64,000 nt of DNA from Hormiphora californensis (Eukaryota > Animalia > Ctenophora). The translations under genes were made by a program, and so were the position numbers. Below are positions 12,301-25,095 of the stretch, in pieces. Each line of letters starts with the position of its first letter. Position 1 is the first letter of the stretch. The DNA is taken from positions 2,232,001-2,296,000 of the forward strand of contig CM035357.1 in the NCBI GenBank assembly GCA_020137815.1, read 5' to 3'. A model generated the notes under the pieces. The model saw only the letters and a program-made list of their open reading frames with translations. It searched no databases and was not told where the DNA came from.

Positions 12301-15300
12301 CTCGTGCAATCTCGGTCGTCCATTTCTCTCTGCTCGTCTTCTCTCTCGGTGGCTTCGCCTCTCCATCTCGTCCAGTGGGGGGGTTATCCTGGCTCTCCGT
12401 CCCGGGGAGAATGTGTCTCGCGGGTCGGTTCGTCTCTGCTTTCTCAGGTCTGTGGTCCTAGGATCACTCACTGTCTGCTCGCTCCCTTGTTTGTCTGCGT
12501 CTGATTTCCGGTCGCTTGCTCCTCTTCTGTAGGGTTCGTACGTGTCTGGGGAGTCTTCTCTCTGATGGCAGGTTCTTGCTTTTGGCCTTTGGCTGGTGTT
12601 CTTCGCGCTTCTCTCGTGGGCCATTTATTGACAGCCAGTGTCACACTCAGTATGTACTGTATGTACGCAGCGCAGCTCGCAAGACAGGAATAGCAGGACT
12701 TTGACACAACTAAGCTATATACAAACAGAGACATATAATAGAGCGAAAAAGAGATGGAGAGAACTAGAGAAAAAAAAGAGGGGGTGGAACAACTGTCGAC
12801 TGAACTGAAGCTAATGTGTAATGAGTGAGGCAAATTACGAGCTTTTCTGTAGACTTCAAGCCTAAAAGTTAGAAAGTCTTGAAGCTGCATAGAATCATTA
12901 TATGTCAAGAGCTAGTGAAGAAACCCAATAGATACAGATATATGTGGGAAGAGATAGAGCGAGAGATATCGGGATCGATACGATATATCTATAGATAGAT
13001 CGATCATATATATATCTAGAGATACTAGAAATCGATAGACGACAATACGAGATCTTGATGAAACAGGACCCTGTACAAAAACACACCTCCCCCCCCCCTC
13101 ACAAACCTTTCATCCTTACGACAGCTTTTATCCTTTTAAGCATTTAAAATCTTGAAGTTTTAAATACTTCCGAACACTTCGAATAATACTTTTTTATAGG
13201 TTTGGTTCTAATCACTACACATGTCTACCCCATGTCTATGCTCAGAAATTGCCTCTAGGCGCCGCCAGACAAACCTCTAAAACCTCATACAAAACTCTCA
13301 ATAAGATTTGAAAAACTTGAGGTTATCTCCTTGCTTAACGGTCGAGCAATATATTAATCGACGTGATAATACGCTGTTAATTGACCAAGACGCCAATTAA
13401 ACCGCAGTAAAAACGATTATGCAGGATCACAGATAGTAAGAATCTAAGGGACTAGCCAGAAATGAGATTGCAATTAAAAAACTGCCATTCGGTTTAAAAT
13501 CACTTATTCAATAACTTATTGTCTGACGACCAATTACAAGAATTGGTCACCACTAAACTAAAAAATGGTTCAACGGAAAAAAGAGAGAGATAGTTGTGTG
13601 AGAGAAAAGACAGTAGTGGTGCGTCCTACGCAGATTAAATAATAACGTTTGACAGAAGGAGAGAGATAGAGCAAACTATAAAATATAAGACTATTATCTA
13701 GATCGAGCGAGAGAGAGATATGCGAGCTAATCTCGAGAGAGCGATAGACGCTCGCCATCTACCTCTAGCTCGCTCTCCTTCTCTCTCTCTCTCTCTCTAT
13801 CTCTCCCCGCCCTCCCTGCGTCTTCCGTTCCTTTTGCTTTCCGCTGCTCTTTACCCGCACCCTCCTATCTACTCCACGCGGCGTGAACATTGTCCTCCCT
13901 TTTCTTCCTCTGTTTGTTGATCGTTCGTTTCCCCATTTTCCTGAGGTTTGGTCTGGTTTATTGCGTCGTCTTTTCTCCCTGTTGTGCCATCTTTCCTATC
14001 TCCCGTCGCTCGTCTGCCCGGCCATCTTTGGAGGTGCGGGCGCATTTGCGAGTGGTGCCGTGTGGGAGTGTCATGTTTGTCTAATGATTGTGTGGTGGAA
14101 TTGTCTCGTTGGCTCTGGTTTTTCATTGCTTCCTTCGGTTCGTGTGGTTCTCGGGTCTTTTCCTTGGTGTGCTCAGGGGGGTCCTGAGTTTGGGGTGTCC
14201 AACCGCGGCCCCCAGTACGTGTTCTCCTTGTTTCCTCTTTTCTCCCCAGCTCCTCGTAAAAAAGGAATTAACAAGAATTATTTCACATTATGTATCCATA
14301 TGCGACGTTTTTCCCGGCCTCTCGATGTGCCATTCAACTCAACTCGCCATTAAGCTGTCGCAAAATGGGGATTTGTGTTTTTGTCGACTTTTTGAAAAAA
14401 ACGCAAAACATATTTTTCATTTCTCCCATTTTTTCCCCCAAAAACAAACGCCGGCCGATATAAAACAATTTTGTGGCCGCTCGTTAAAAGTTTATTAGCC
14501 GTCACGCCTCATAATTTTCATATTTTGTGGGGCGCGCATGTTACTAACCTACTACTACTTTACATTGCTCGACTCCGCAAACTTCAAATCGCGCTGCGCC
14601 TCACTTTGCCTGGCCCCCCTCTGTCAACTCAAGTTTTTACCAAAAAACATTTCCCTCTACCGATTATTGTATACCAAAATGTCGTTTTCGAATTCCTAAC
14701 CCTGCTATGCCTTTTTACAAGTAAAAAGGCATCCGGGTGGATGCCTTCGGCATCCACCCGGCATGGAAAAAATTTTAGAAATTCCTCCTAACAATGGCGA
14801 TAAAGAGAAAAGACTAGAAAAGGACCTATTGTTATCCGACATGTGGATCTGTTTGTTTATTTCCTCGCGTGAGACACGAATGGGCCGTTATGATCGAGAA
14901 GAATTCGGAGAGAGCTCTGCGCCGCAAAAATAGATCGGATATTTGTTGAGAGCTATGTGGCGGGGGAATTGTGAGAAGAGGGGAGAGAGAGAGGGGATGG
15001 AGCTGATATATCGCAGAGATCTTAGAGAGAGAGCGAGAGAGCCGAGAGAGAGAGAAGGATAGAGACTAGCAGAGAGATAGACCGATATCGCTCTAGAGCT
15101 CTCTCTCTGCGCTCTCTCTCGTCGCGCTAGCGCATGGCTCTCTCTCGCTCTCTCTCTCTCGCGAGCTCGAAGACTAGCGCGCTAGCTGCTCTCTCCTGCT
15201 CTCTCTCTCTCTTTCATCTCCTATTCTAGTCGCTCGCTATGAGAGATGCTCTCTATTCAGCGATAGAGATGCTAGATAGAGAGATCGCCTGCATGATTTG

Positions 15301-15718
15301 CACTATTCATACGCATAACTTCCGACTAAATAAAACGCCATGACCTTTATGAATTGATGGTTCCTTCTGGAACTCCTATAACACAGGGAAAATATCAATA
15401 ACGTTGAGTCAACGCGATTTGTTTTGGCTCCATCAATGATATTCCCTTACCGGGTGGCCGGGTGTGATTGATGGGCTAATAGATAAAATTGAACCACGTT
15501 CCCTAAAAAGGGCTCGACCGAAATAATTGATAGGCGAAATTAAAAAGGTTTCAAATAAATATATTTTGGATATATAACAATATGCTGACATAACAAACAT
15601 TTCACACTCGCAAAAAGGGTGTATCCCATATATTCCTTAGCAATAAAAAGTTGCACATATAATAAGTTACCCCAAGTAGCATACTGGACAGCTGTGAAGA
15701 TGCAGTGTGTGGGAAGGT

Positions 15719-15779
<61 letters not shown>

Positions 15780-16228
15780 AGAGAGAGAGAGAAACAGAGA
15801 GAGGTATATGGACCGCAAGTGCAGCTGTATGACTATGGAGGGTGATTCCTGGGCAAAATTGGAATGGCATGAGAGAGATGAGAGCTAAATTGAGTGCAGC
15901 TGAATTGTGAATAATTCAAGCCGTCCCACTTAGATTCTTGATCTACCGAACCCACTTAGATTCTTGTACAGAGAATGAGGATCAATTGAGAGCTACCCTT
16001 TGTAGAAGTTCAGTGCTAAAACCTAGATGCTCTCAAAGAACCACCAAAAAATGACTGGTTCAACCAATAACTTACTGAGTTTTGATTTCAATATCTTGAT
16101 AGTGACGTTACATAATCCGATGTGTAATAAAAATATGAAGCAGTGATGACTTGGTAATACTAAATCATGAAGCACAGAAGACGTATCTAAGGGGGGAGGT
16201 ACTAAGTGTATACAGTGTAATGGATGAG

Positions 16229-16323
<95 letters not shown>

Positions 16324-16849
16324 GAGTAAGAGAGAGACAGAGAGAGACAGAGGGAGAGAAGTATCCACTTATCCACTTGCAGATTTAATATTTAACACAT
16401 TGTACTGCTGCACGAGTCCAGCCATTTCATTATTACACTACTTATACGCCCTTATTTTCCACTAAAATGTGAATATTATATTATGTTAATCGCTTCATAA
16501 GAGCTGGAAGATGAAAAATGGTTTCTGCTGCTCACTTTTGTGAGAGAAGTAATTATAGTAAGTCATGATGTGAAATCATTGTGAATGGTTGGTCGATGTA
16601 CCAAACTGAAACTTGACTTGCATTGATACACCACTATAATGTAAATTTATGTACCCATCACCCAACCCATCACAAACAGACACACAAACATAGTCCCTCG
16701 TTATACCGCTTAACAAAGAGTCAATCACCACTGTTATACAGGGTGTCCCACCAAAAAGTTCATCATCCATCCAGTTCCCCAGACTGTTGGTCTACAACAT
16801 GGTGCCCAGACTAGATAAGATTAGTTCCTCTCCAAATGTAGCTGTTTCA

Positions 16850-19800
16850 CTATCCCTTGAGTGTCTCAGTCAGTTCCCCAGACTCGTGAAGTTCTCTGAT
16901 TATGTCCAGACCCCCAATAAGCTCACCTGACACGTATAGTTGTGGGTAGGTGGGCCACTCTGAGTAGGTCTTTAAACCTTGCCGCACCTAGCAGAGAGAT
17001 AGGGGGGTTAGTAAGTGGAGAGAAGATTTAGCTTCTTTATTGAGATAATTGACGTTGAAAGTGGCGAAAAGAACCACCCGGCGAAACCGGGTGGGTAATC
17101 AAAAAGCCCTAGTTGATATAAAGGGGGATCTGCCGGGTTAACTGGGTACAACTGTAACCACTAATTAACCACTAAATAACTAACTAGCCTCATTATCACT
17201 AACCACATACCTCATTGTCACTGAGAATGTCGAATGTTCCATACTCTGCATCGTACCCTGATAGAATTCCAATAGTGGTCTTACTAAACCCACACCTTGG
17301 TTCGTCCCGGTTTCCTTTCATGAATAACATCACCTGAAACATAGAAAAACTAGGAATTTAGTTGTACAGCTTGGTGTTAGACGTTAGTCTTTCTGCCATA
17401 GCTGAGTTGTATCAAATTAATAATTAGTGACTAGCCACTAGATATACCTAATTTATAGTGAGTAGGATATAGTTGTAGTGTGAGTACTGAGTGTGTGTTT
17501 AGGAAACAGATGGGGCTGTGGCACGAGGCCATGTACTAACAGGTACAGCTGTATACACGTGTTACACGTCTTGTCAGAGCGGAGGGGGGCCGGCTGAAGT
17601 TTTTGAAGTTTTTGAAGTCAACTTCAAAAACTTCAAAGAGAAACTTAGGGTGGAAAACTTCAAAAACTTCAAAAACTTCAAAAACTTCAAAAACTCATAT
17701 CTCCTAAACCGTTGGAGATAGGCCCTATGTTGCTTCATAACTCTTATATAAACTCGAGGCCGCTGGTGATTTTGGTGTCCATATTTTTTTCACTACTCCC
17801 TTAATAAAAAATTTGCATTTTGTGAAACTGGCAAAAAGGGTGTGGCCCCAAAAAATTTTTTGAAAATTTACTTCATAATTTCTAAACACTTTCTTAGCAT
17901 TTTCTAGGCAACTTTTTGAGTTATAGAATGAAAATGAAATCTGTTTTTACAAAAAATTTAAATTTTTTACACCAAATTGTGCCATGGATTTCATGGCTAG
18001 GAATCATTGTAAATATCCTAATTTGTGGTAGAAAAAGGGCAGACAAGGACGGATAACTTTGCCACAATATGTATTAAGCATGAAACTAACCTAAACAAGT
18101 GTAATAATAGTCACTGATAGCATATAAAAGTAGTTTAGAGTTCTTGAAGTTTTTGAAGTTTTTGAAGTCAACTTCAAAAACTTCAAAAACTCAAAAAATA
18201 GGGTGGAAAACTTCAAACTTCAAAAACTTCAGCCGGCTCCCCCCCGTCAGAGCTTTTATTAGGTTACACTGCTGACTGTGTTAGAACTTTAATTCAGTTA
18301 TTACACAGACATGGTGTGTAACAGGGAGTGACAAATGTTAGCACGGGGACGATCCAAAAAAAAAAAAAAAAAATTACACAGACCTTGTTAGAGTTAATTA
18401 AGTTTTTCAGCCTCGCATTCAAGTCAACTTTAACTGGGACTGTGGTTAATAGTTCCCCTGCTTCATGCATCTCTCGCATGATATCTAGACCGCCCAGTAG
18501 CCCTCCATCTAGCCATACCTGGGGGAGGAGAGTGTGAAAACAAGCCAAACCTGGCGAGGGGAGGGGTGTCAAGAACATCCATGACTTGTTAAATATTCAA
18601 CTTGGGGCGAATATGAAAACTCATCACTCATTGTATACAACCAGTAACCGATCAACTAATCCTTATCCTCTCAAAATATAATAATGAGAGCCATGGAAAT
18701 TTTACCTGGGGGTATGTTGGCCACTCTCCAAATGTCTTCAGTCCCTCTCTTACAGCACTGTCACTTAGAATATCGAAGTAGGAAAACTGAATGTTCAAGG
18801 GTAGAAACATTTCCATCATTGCACGAGTAAACTTACACCTTGGAGCCTAAAATATAGAGGACATAAATTTCACAGCAGTAGTGTTACAAATTTTAAAAGT
18901 TGTAATTGTAATATTTTGCAGCATTTCTAAAATATTGAAATCATAACAAGATGTAATGTAGTACCTGGGGCGTTCCTTTTATGAACAGCACACATTTGTC
19001 CATTGTGGTCAGTTTCTTAAGTCGCTCATTCAAGTCCTCCTCCCCTCCGCCAGTGCCAATATCTGAGTCTCCCCCGCCGCTCCGCGAGAGTTTATCAACT
19101 GCTTTTACAACAGCAGGGAGATTCATACCGGCCACTGTCTCCTGAGAGGGGGACTGGTTAGCATAGGGCCGGGGTGAGGGATCGGCGGAGACTGGTGGAT
19201 TTGGGTTCAGGAGCATCCAATCACAGTTAGTCACAAGGCTCTCCTGACCCACATCACACACGCGCGCGGCACTACACCGTTCGGTCGGAAGGGGGGTCGG
19301 CGCCTCTTCATCTGACCAATAAGTAACGCGCGTTACGTACATGACTGAACTAAAGTGTGACCGAGGCCAAATGGCCCAATAAACACGCACATCTGAAGGC
19401 ACTTTATTTGGGGGACAAAAGAGATGGAATAGACACCACATGGCACATGGAAAGACAGGTAAGCTGTATAATTGTCCAAAAAAGCTGCCTGCCTTCTGTG
19501 TACAAATTTGTACAAACTCGGACAAACTCTCCTTGCTCGACCCTAAACAAAACAAGGACAAATAAAAACTCGTTAAAATACCTCTAATTTTGTTCCACGG
19601 TAAACAAGGCATGTAGGGACAACTTCAATATTCAATGCTGAGCTGAACTTCTCTACCTTTTCTGTTTCTATCTGAGGGGGGAGTAGAATTATAACCGGCC
19701 TAACTTTGTATTTTCCGAACTCAAAATATCCCATAACTGATAACGGCCTAAAAATTTATTATCATGATCAAATTCTCCCACCAAAAAATTCTAATTCTCT

Positions 19801-19959
19801 CACCTGATGAACAGCCAATCCTGGATACTTCTGACTGAGAGCAGCTAGGGACCGGGCCACGACTTTACAAGGCTCCGACCACCCTGCAGTGCAGTGTAGT
19901 ACCATAATTCCCTTGTTGCCGCTGACAAGGGCTTCTACTGCACCCTCACTACACAACAT
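16850..19959 (-). CDS. GLRX3: Glutaredoxin-3 (PICOT): thioredoxin-like domain plus two monothiol Grx domains, 7 exons (approx. 19959-19804, 19671-19582, 19142-18965, 18847-18706, 18518-18384, 17333-17211, 16987-16850)
   Basis: AGWSEPC Trx-like site. LFIKGTPQ|APRCKFT...WPTYPQ|[30 protein letters not shown]...DILSDNE|[30 protein letters not shown]. Confidence 0.95.
17034..17112 (+). mobile_element. Putative ~80-bp non-autonomous mini-Helitron in the last GLRX3 intron
   Basis: Hairpin CCACCCGG-CGAAA-CCGGGTGG (17074-17094) followed 14 nt later by CTAG|T. Candidate 5' end TCTTTATTGAGATAA. No TSD. Confidence 0.6.
17581..18245. mobile_element. Non-autonomous TIR element (MITE) with 8-bp TSD in a GLRX3 intron
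   Basis: TSD GTCAGAGC at 17573-17580 and 18246-18253. TIRs GGAGGGGGGCCGGCTGAAGTTTTTGAAG / CTTCAAAAACTTCAGCCGGCTCCCCCCC. Subterminal arrays of the 9-mer AAAACTTCA in both orientations at both ends. Confidence 0.9.
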
Positions 19960-20077
19960 GGCTATGGGGGAGATGGGGTAGGGAGTTAGGGGGATAGAGA
20001 GAGGGGGGACTGGAGGGAGTGAATAGGGGCTCAGGGGATAGAGAGGGTGTAGAATTGGGAAGGAGGGAGAAGGGGAT

Positions 20078-20158
<81 letters not shown>

Positions 20159-20785
20159 GGGAACTGGGAAGTGAGGAGAATAGAGAAATGGAGGAAGAGA
20201 GGATAGGGAGATAAAAAGAGGTAACAAGAACGCAATTTAGTTTGTATTTAATTGATCTACCTATTATATTGAGTATTGATCTACCGAACTCTCACAGAGC
20301 GGCTAAACAAGGTTTGTAACACGGCTTCACTCGTTAACACTCTCTTCCTTGGTATACACTGGCGATGGTATTATACAAGTTACTACCCCGTACCAACTAT
20401 TAATTAAATTGGAGCTACTAGTTTCCGGGAAAATTCCAGAACGAGTACATTGTGTGTACACGACTGTTATACAAAGGAAGGCCGAAAGAACTATGTGGCT
20501 AAAAGAAAAACAACGGCTTCTGTGTGTGAAAAAAAAAGAATTCTAAATATTGAAACCAATGAATTGCAGATGTGTAATGATTTCGTATACAATTCTTCAC
20601 AAAAAATAAAGATCACAAAAAAAAACAATAATTGTCCTAATTTCTCAAACAATTTAAAACAATGTGTACCCTTTAGAGACTGGTAAGAAAAAGCCCGATT
20701 AGAGGATTTAACGGTATGATGTTTTATGCTAATTAGTTAACTAACAAATTATTTAACTAATCTAAATCCCTCTAAAAGTACTATA

Positions 20786-21793
20786 TCAACAGTAAGTTTG
20801 ACCCTCTAAATATCGCTCCATGAAGGGTCCTAATTGGTCCTTCTTAACGTAATGCATCAACTTTGCATTCCTGTCCATACACCCGTACTTTTGGTGCCAA
20901 TAAAACCCCTGTATTTTCTGCACATTAATGTCCCCCGCATGATACGCCAGGGCCCCCATATACGCATCCTCAACATAAAAGAGGGGCTGAACCCCACTTT
21001 TATAGACCTCTAACAGGGCTTCAACAGCGTCACGTGATAACACATACCCACTGCCAGAACAATAGGGAGCATACACATCGGGTCCCCAAAGCTCTTTTTC
21101 AACCATGTACCGACCACGGCGGAACACTTTAGAGTTAGTGACCCGGACACCACCGAAAAATCGGTTATCCTGGCCCCGGGACACCAACTGGATGAGATAG
21201 TTGTGAAGGAGAGAAATGTTTATAAAGGAGTCATCATCAGTTTTAATGATGAACTTAAACTGATAATTCTCCAGGGCATGTTCAAGAATCCATAACACTT
21301 TGAGCACCAAATTCCGATATGTGTCTAACTCATCAGCCATAACCATATCTCCATATTGATCCATCTCGGATCTTAACAACGCCATCTTTTCAGAACTCTC
21401 AACTCTACCTACCACAAAAACATGTCTCCAGCTCATCTCATCTCCCCAATTGTGACCTACCCAGCTGGTCTCACGGAGGATCCGCCGGATCTCAGTATTA
21501 TCAGGAGCAGTAATAATAAAAATGACAAACGTATAACTGGGTAACTCTCGAACTGTGGTGTTTGTTATAACTGTCTCTCCATCTTCCTCTCCATCTTTCT
21601 TGGAATTCACAACTTCCGAGAAATCAAGGTGAACACGGAGAGGTTTGAGGGAGGCGGATGCGGCGGAAATGGCCGGGGCGGTGTAGTCAAGGGCTGAGAT
21701 GATGTAAAGGAGGCCGATAAAAACAATTGCAAAGAACCAGACGAGCATTCGTTTTACACCGGAGGATCGAGGTGGGTCTGGAGAGGGCTGCAT
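20786..21793 (-). CDS. Beta-1,3-galactosyl/GlcNAc-transferase, GT31 family, intronless CDS, type II membrane protein
   Basis: N-terminal TM segment. RRILRETSW, VFVVG, SEMDQYGDMV..DTYRNLVLK, FIIKTDDDSF (DxD), YAPYCSGSGYVLS and VEDAYMG motifs. Confidence 0.93.
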   Translation of the reverse strand: MQPSPDPPRSSGVKRMLVWFFAIVFIGLLYIISALDYTAPAISAASASLKPLRVHLDFSEVVNSKKDGEEDGETVITNTTVRELPSYTFVIFIITAPDNTEIRRILRETSWVGHNWGDEMSWRHVFVVGRVESSEKMALLRSEMDQYGDMVMADELDTYRNLVLKVLWILEHALENYQFKFIIKTDDDSFINISLLHNYLIQLVSRGQDNRFFGGVRVTNSKVFRRGRYMVEKELWGPDVYAPYCSGSGYVLSRDAVEALLEVYKSGVQPLFYVEDAYMGALAYHAGDINVQKIQGFYWHQKYGCMDRNAKLMHYVKKDQLGPFMERYLEGQTYC

Positions 21794-22049
21794 GGTGTTA
21801 CAGGGTTGTTGGTCCTCTTGGATTTGCAGTTGTTACAGGGTGGTCCTCTTACAGGTATTACTGGGTGTGTTGTTTACATTTCAGCTGTAGGGGGGGATTT
21901 ACGTGGTTAGGAGGGGTTGAATTGTGAGAAAAGGCTGGATTAAGAAACAGAAAAAGAAGATACAATTTGGTTGAAAGAAATAAATTAGTTGGTGGTGGTA
22001 AAAACACAGTTAAAGATAAAAACGGTCACATCCTTTCTCTCTTATTTCT

Positions 22050-24133
22050 TCATTCCATCTCATTATCTGACTCCTCCTCTTCCTCATCTTCTTCTGAGTC
22101 TTCTTCGTAATCTTCTTCATCTTCATCAATTCCCTCCATATCAGTCTCACCTCGTTTCTTCTTTACAGCCTTTACAATATTCACCTCCAACTGAGAAGTG
22201 GAATGGTGAATTACAATATGTCCATATATGGGTATAAATAATAATAAACTGACCAAATATGGGCATATATCACGTGGCTACACGTACCTCTGAGGACAAG
22301 AGAGGAAGGGAGTTGTCATGGTACAGGAACTGTTTAATTCCACTTTGTAACGCCTCCGGTAGACCCTCCCCACTTCCCGCTGTTGCTACGTGGAATTTCA
22401 GTTTGTGGTCCCTGAGTTGCTTCAGTACAATCCTAGCAGCCGCACCGTGGTCCGGGTTCTTTCCAAAGTATACATTGTACCTGGGAGAGAGAGAGAGAAG
22501 GAATGGAGAAGAGGGAGGGAGTGATACATAATAAGGTCTTCTTTAATAAGGGTCAGAAATAGAGTCAGATTGATGCATACGAATGTATCATTTTGCTGCG
22601 GGGAGGGAGGGTCGAACAAGGCAAGTATCATATTGGACATCTACCCATCAAGTATGTTTCTCTCTCACCACAACTCACCTAACAGCAAGTGCGTCGAGAA
22701 ATCCTGCAGGGTGCTCAAATTCAGGGAGCGTAAAATGAACCATGGCTTGTTCCTTGGTGATAACCCTGGCAAGCGCCTCGATCACTTCAACGGGGTAGTT
22801 CATGTAGTTTGACATGTTGGAAAGGATGTGAAGGAGACCAATTGGCTCTCCCTCTTTGGCTCCATCAATTAAACCTGAGAGGATAGCAAGGTTATGGAGA
22901 GGAGAGGAGAGGGTGGTTAGAGATAGGGAGGTTCGACGCGAGGGGGCGGGGAGGTGATATTTTCAATTTTCAGTAATAGTCTAGTTGATGTCCATGATAA
23001 CATATTTCGAAGTAAGTTCTCCAATCTACCTGGTGTTGTGATAATCCTGACTTTGTCACTGATCTTGGCATCTGTAGACCTCTTCTTTTTCGTTCTTCCA
23101 CAAGCTCTCAACACACTGCTGACAACACAAGATTTCCCCACTTTCTGCTTTCCTATAACTCCCACTTTAACCTCTGGAAAATATTATGTGTCGATTGTTG
23201 CTTTTTGTGAAAACTCACAACCCAATTATAATTTTGATAAGATACCCTTTTTATTTCACCGATTTGGGCACATTGAGACAGGTTCGAGCAAGGCAAAAAA
23301 ATACCACGATGTACCCAAACTTTTCAAGTTTCATGAGTTTTATCTGCTTACCTTCTGATTCCTTTTTGAGATGCTCCAAAAGTTCTTTAACCCCACCAAA
23401 CCGTGCAAATTTAAGTTTGAACGCGGGAATAATCTGCTCACAATCGGTCAGCATAATCTCTGTACTTTTAATAGGGAACACATCGGCTACTTTACTCAGC
23501 TTGTTGTACCTGAGGGGAATAACTGATTTCAGCGAGAAGAATACCTGGGGGTAATGAAGAATTTAAAGAGTAAACACTAGATATGAACTGTATAAGCAGA
23601 CAATTTAATGTCAGTAGATATGGCATGGGGTGACATCTAATATATGCTTACCATGCTGCGACAACATTAGCAGGAACAAGATCCACTTTGTTCAGAACAA
23701 ATATAATCCTCTTCCCCGCCTCCCTAATCTCTCCCATAACTCCCTCATCCAGGCACTCAGCTACATTCCTCGCATCCAACACCCATAACAAAATATCAGC
23801 GTTAGAGATGACAAGATGTCTTGAAACTGATTTGGTTGCTGATACAGGAGCGACTGGGCAAGCTTTAGGTTTTGTTACGACTAGCCCACCAGTTGTCTTC
23901 TTTAACTTTTTCTGCTCTTTCTTGTCTTCTGCCTGTTTGATGGCTTCTAACAGGATTTCTTCTTTAAAAGGCGCCATGTTGGGGATAGATCCATCTACCT
24001 TCTTTTTCTTGTTCACTGACTTTTTGAGGGTCTTGGCTAGCTTTCGGTTGTGTTCACGGACTTTTCGGCGGATCTTGTACTTTTTGTGACAAGTCATCCG
24101 CTTGCTCTCCTTCTTGCCAAATGTGCTGACCAT
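22050..24133 (-). CDS. GNL3: GNL3/nucleostemin (Nug1/Grn1-like) circularly permuted GTPase, divergent; 6 exons (approx. 24133-23652, 23509-23352, 23173-23031, 22874-22679, 22480-22288, 22190-22050)
   Basis: GN3L_Grn1 N-terminus SKRMTCHKKYKIRRKVREHNRKLAK...IPNMAPFKEEIL, ADILLWVLDARN, FVLNKVDLVP (G4), VGVIGKQKVGKS (G1), C-terminal helical region and acidic tail. All junctions are in frame. Confidence 0.88.
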
Positions 24134-24482
24134 GACTGATGATTTACTAAAACGGAATGTGTGGTTAGGACTAAGGAAGGAAACATTTCAACTGGGAAAT
24201 TGCGAGAAAAACCAGTAAAAAAATGCGAGAAAAATGAAAAATGAGGGACTTGAAGTGATGCCACACCACGCTACTAATAAAGGGTTTAGACTTAGGACCG
24301 TATTGGTTAGAAAAACTGGTCAGTAAAGTCCATTTTTTTCAACTGTTCACCCAAAAACTGAAATTTGATAAAAATTAGAATTTGGGTGGCGTGCGCTACA
24401 CGTTAACATGTGATAAACGCGCAAAACAATTCCGCGCACGACTTTGGGGGGGTGAACAGTTGAAAAAAAATGGAGTATACTT

Positions 24483-25095
24483 CAGGGACGGCGCTGGGCC
24501 TTCGGCCCAGCAAGTCCCTGGGTGTCCGGGGCCAGGGGCGGGAGCCTCGGTCAGGGGGTGTGGGGGGTGAAACCCCCCACAAGCAGGGTCCAGGGGCGCA
24601 GCCCCGGCGGGGGTGTAGGGGGCAGAGCCCCCGCAGGCAGGGTCCAGGGGCTGCAAGCCCCGGTGGGGGTAGAGGGGGCGAAGCCCCCCGAAAATTTCGG
24701 ACATTTTGAGGCGTTTTTAAACGATTTTAAGCATTTCTGAACTCCTTTTGTGAAAAATGGAAAAAAAGATGAAAGTTTTCTGATCACAAGAAAAAAAAAC
24801 ATCCGCGCGCACACACAACTTTCTGGGTGAACCGGACACCCTGGTCACGTCAAAATGCACTGTGGCGCGCGGAAGAACCCTCTTTATGCTCTGCCGTGCG
24901 TTACAGGTGCGCGCAGTGCACCTGGGTGTCCGGCAGAGCTCCGGACACCTGGCTGCACGCAAATCGAAAATTTCGCAGTTTTCACCGATTTTTTTCAAAT
25001 TCTTTTTGTTTTTTTCCATTTTTTCTTCTTTTCTCTCCCCGTCTTTTTGGTCTGGGTGTCCGCGGACACCCGGACACCCACGAGCGCCGTCCCTG
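24483..25095. mobile_element. hAT-like non-autonomous element with 8-bp TSD between the GNL3 5' end and the MAGI 3' end
   Basis: TIR CAGGGACGGCGCT / AGCGCCGTCCCTG. TSD GTATACTT at 24475-24482 and 25096-25103. Internal GC-rich hairpin units (GGGTCCAGGGGCGCAGCCCC) and GGGTGTCCG motifs. Confidence 0.9.
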
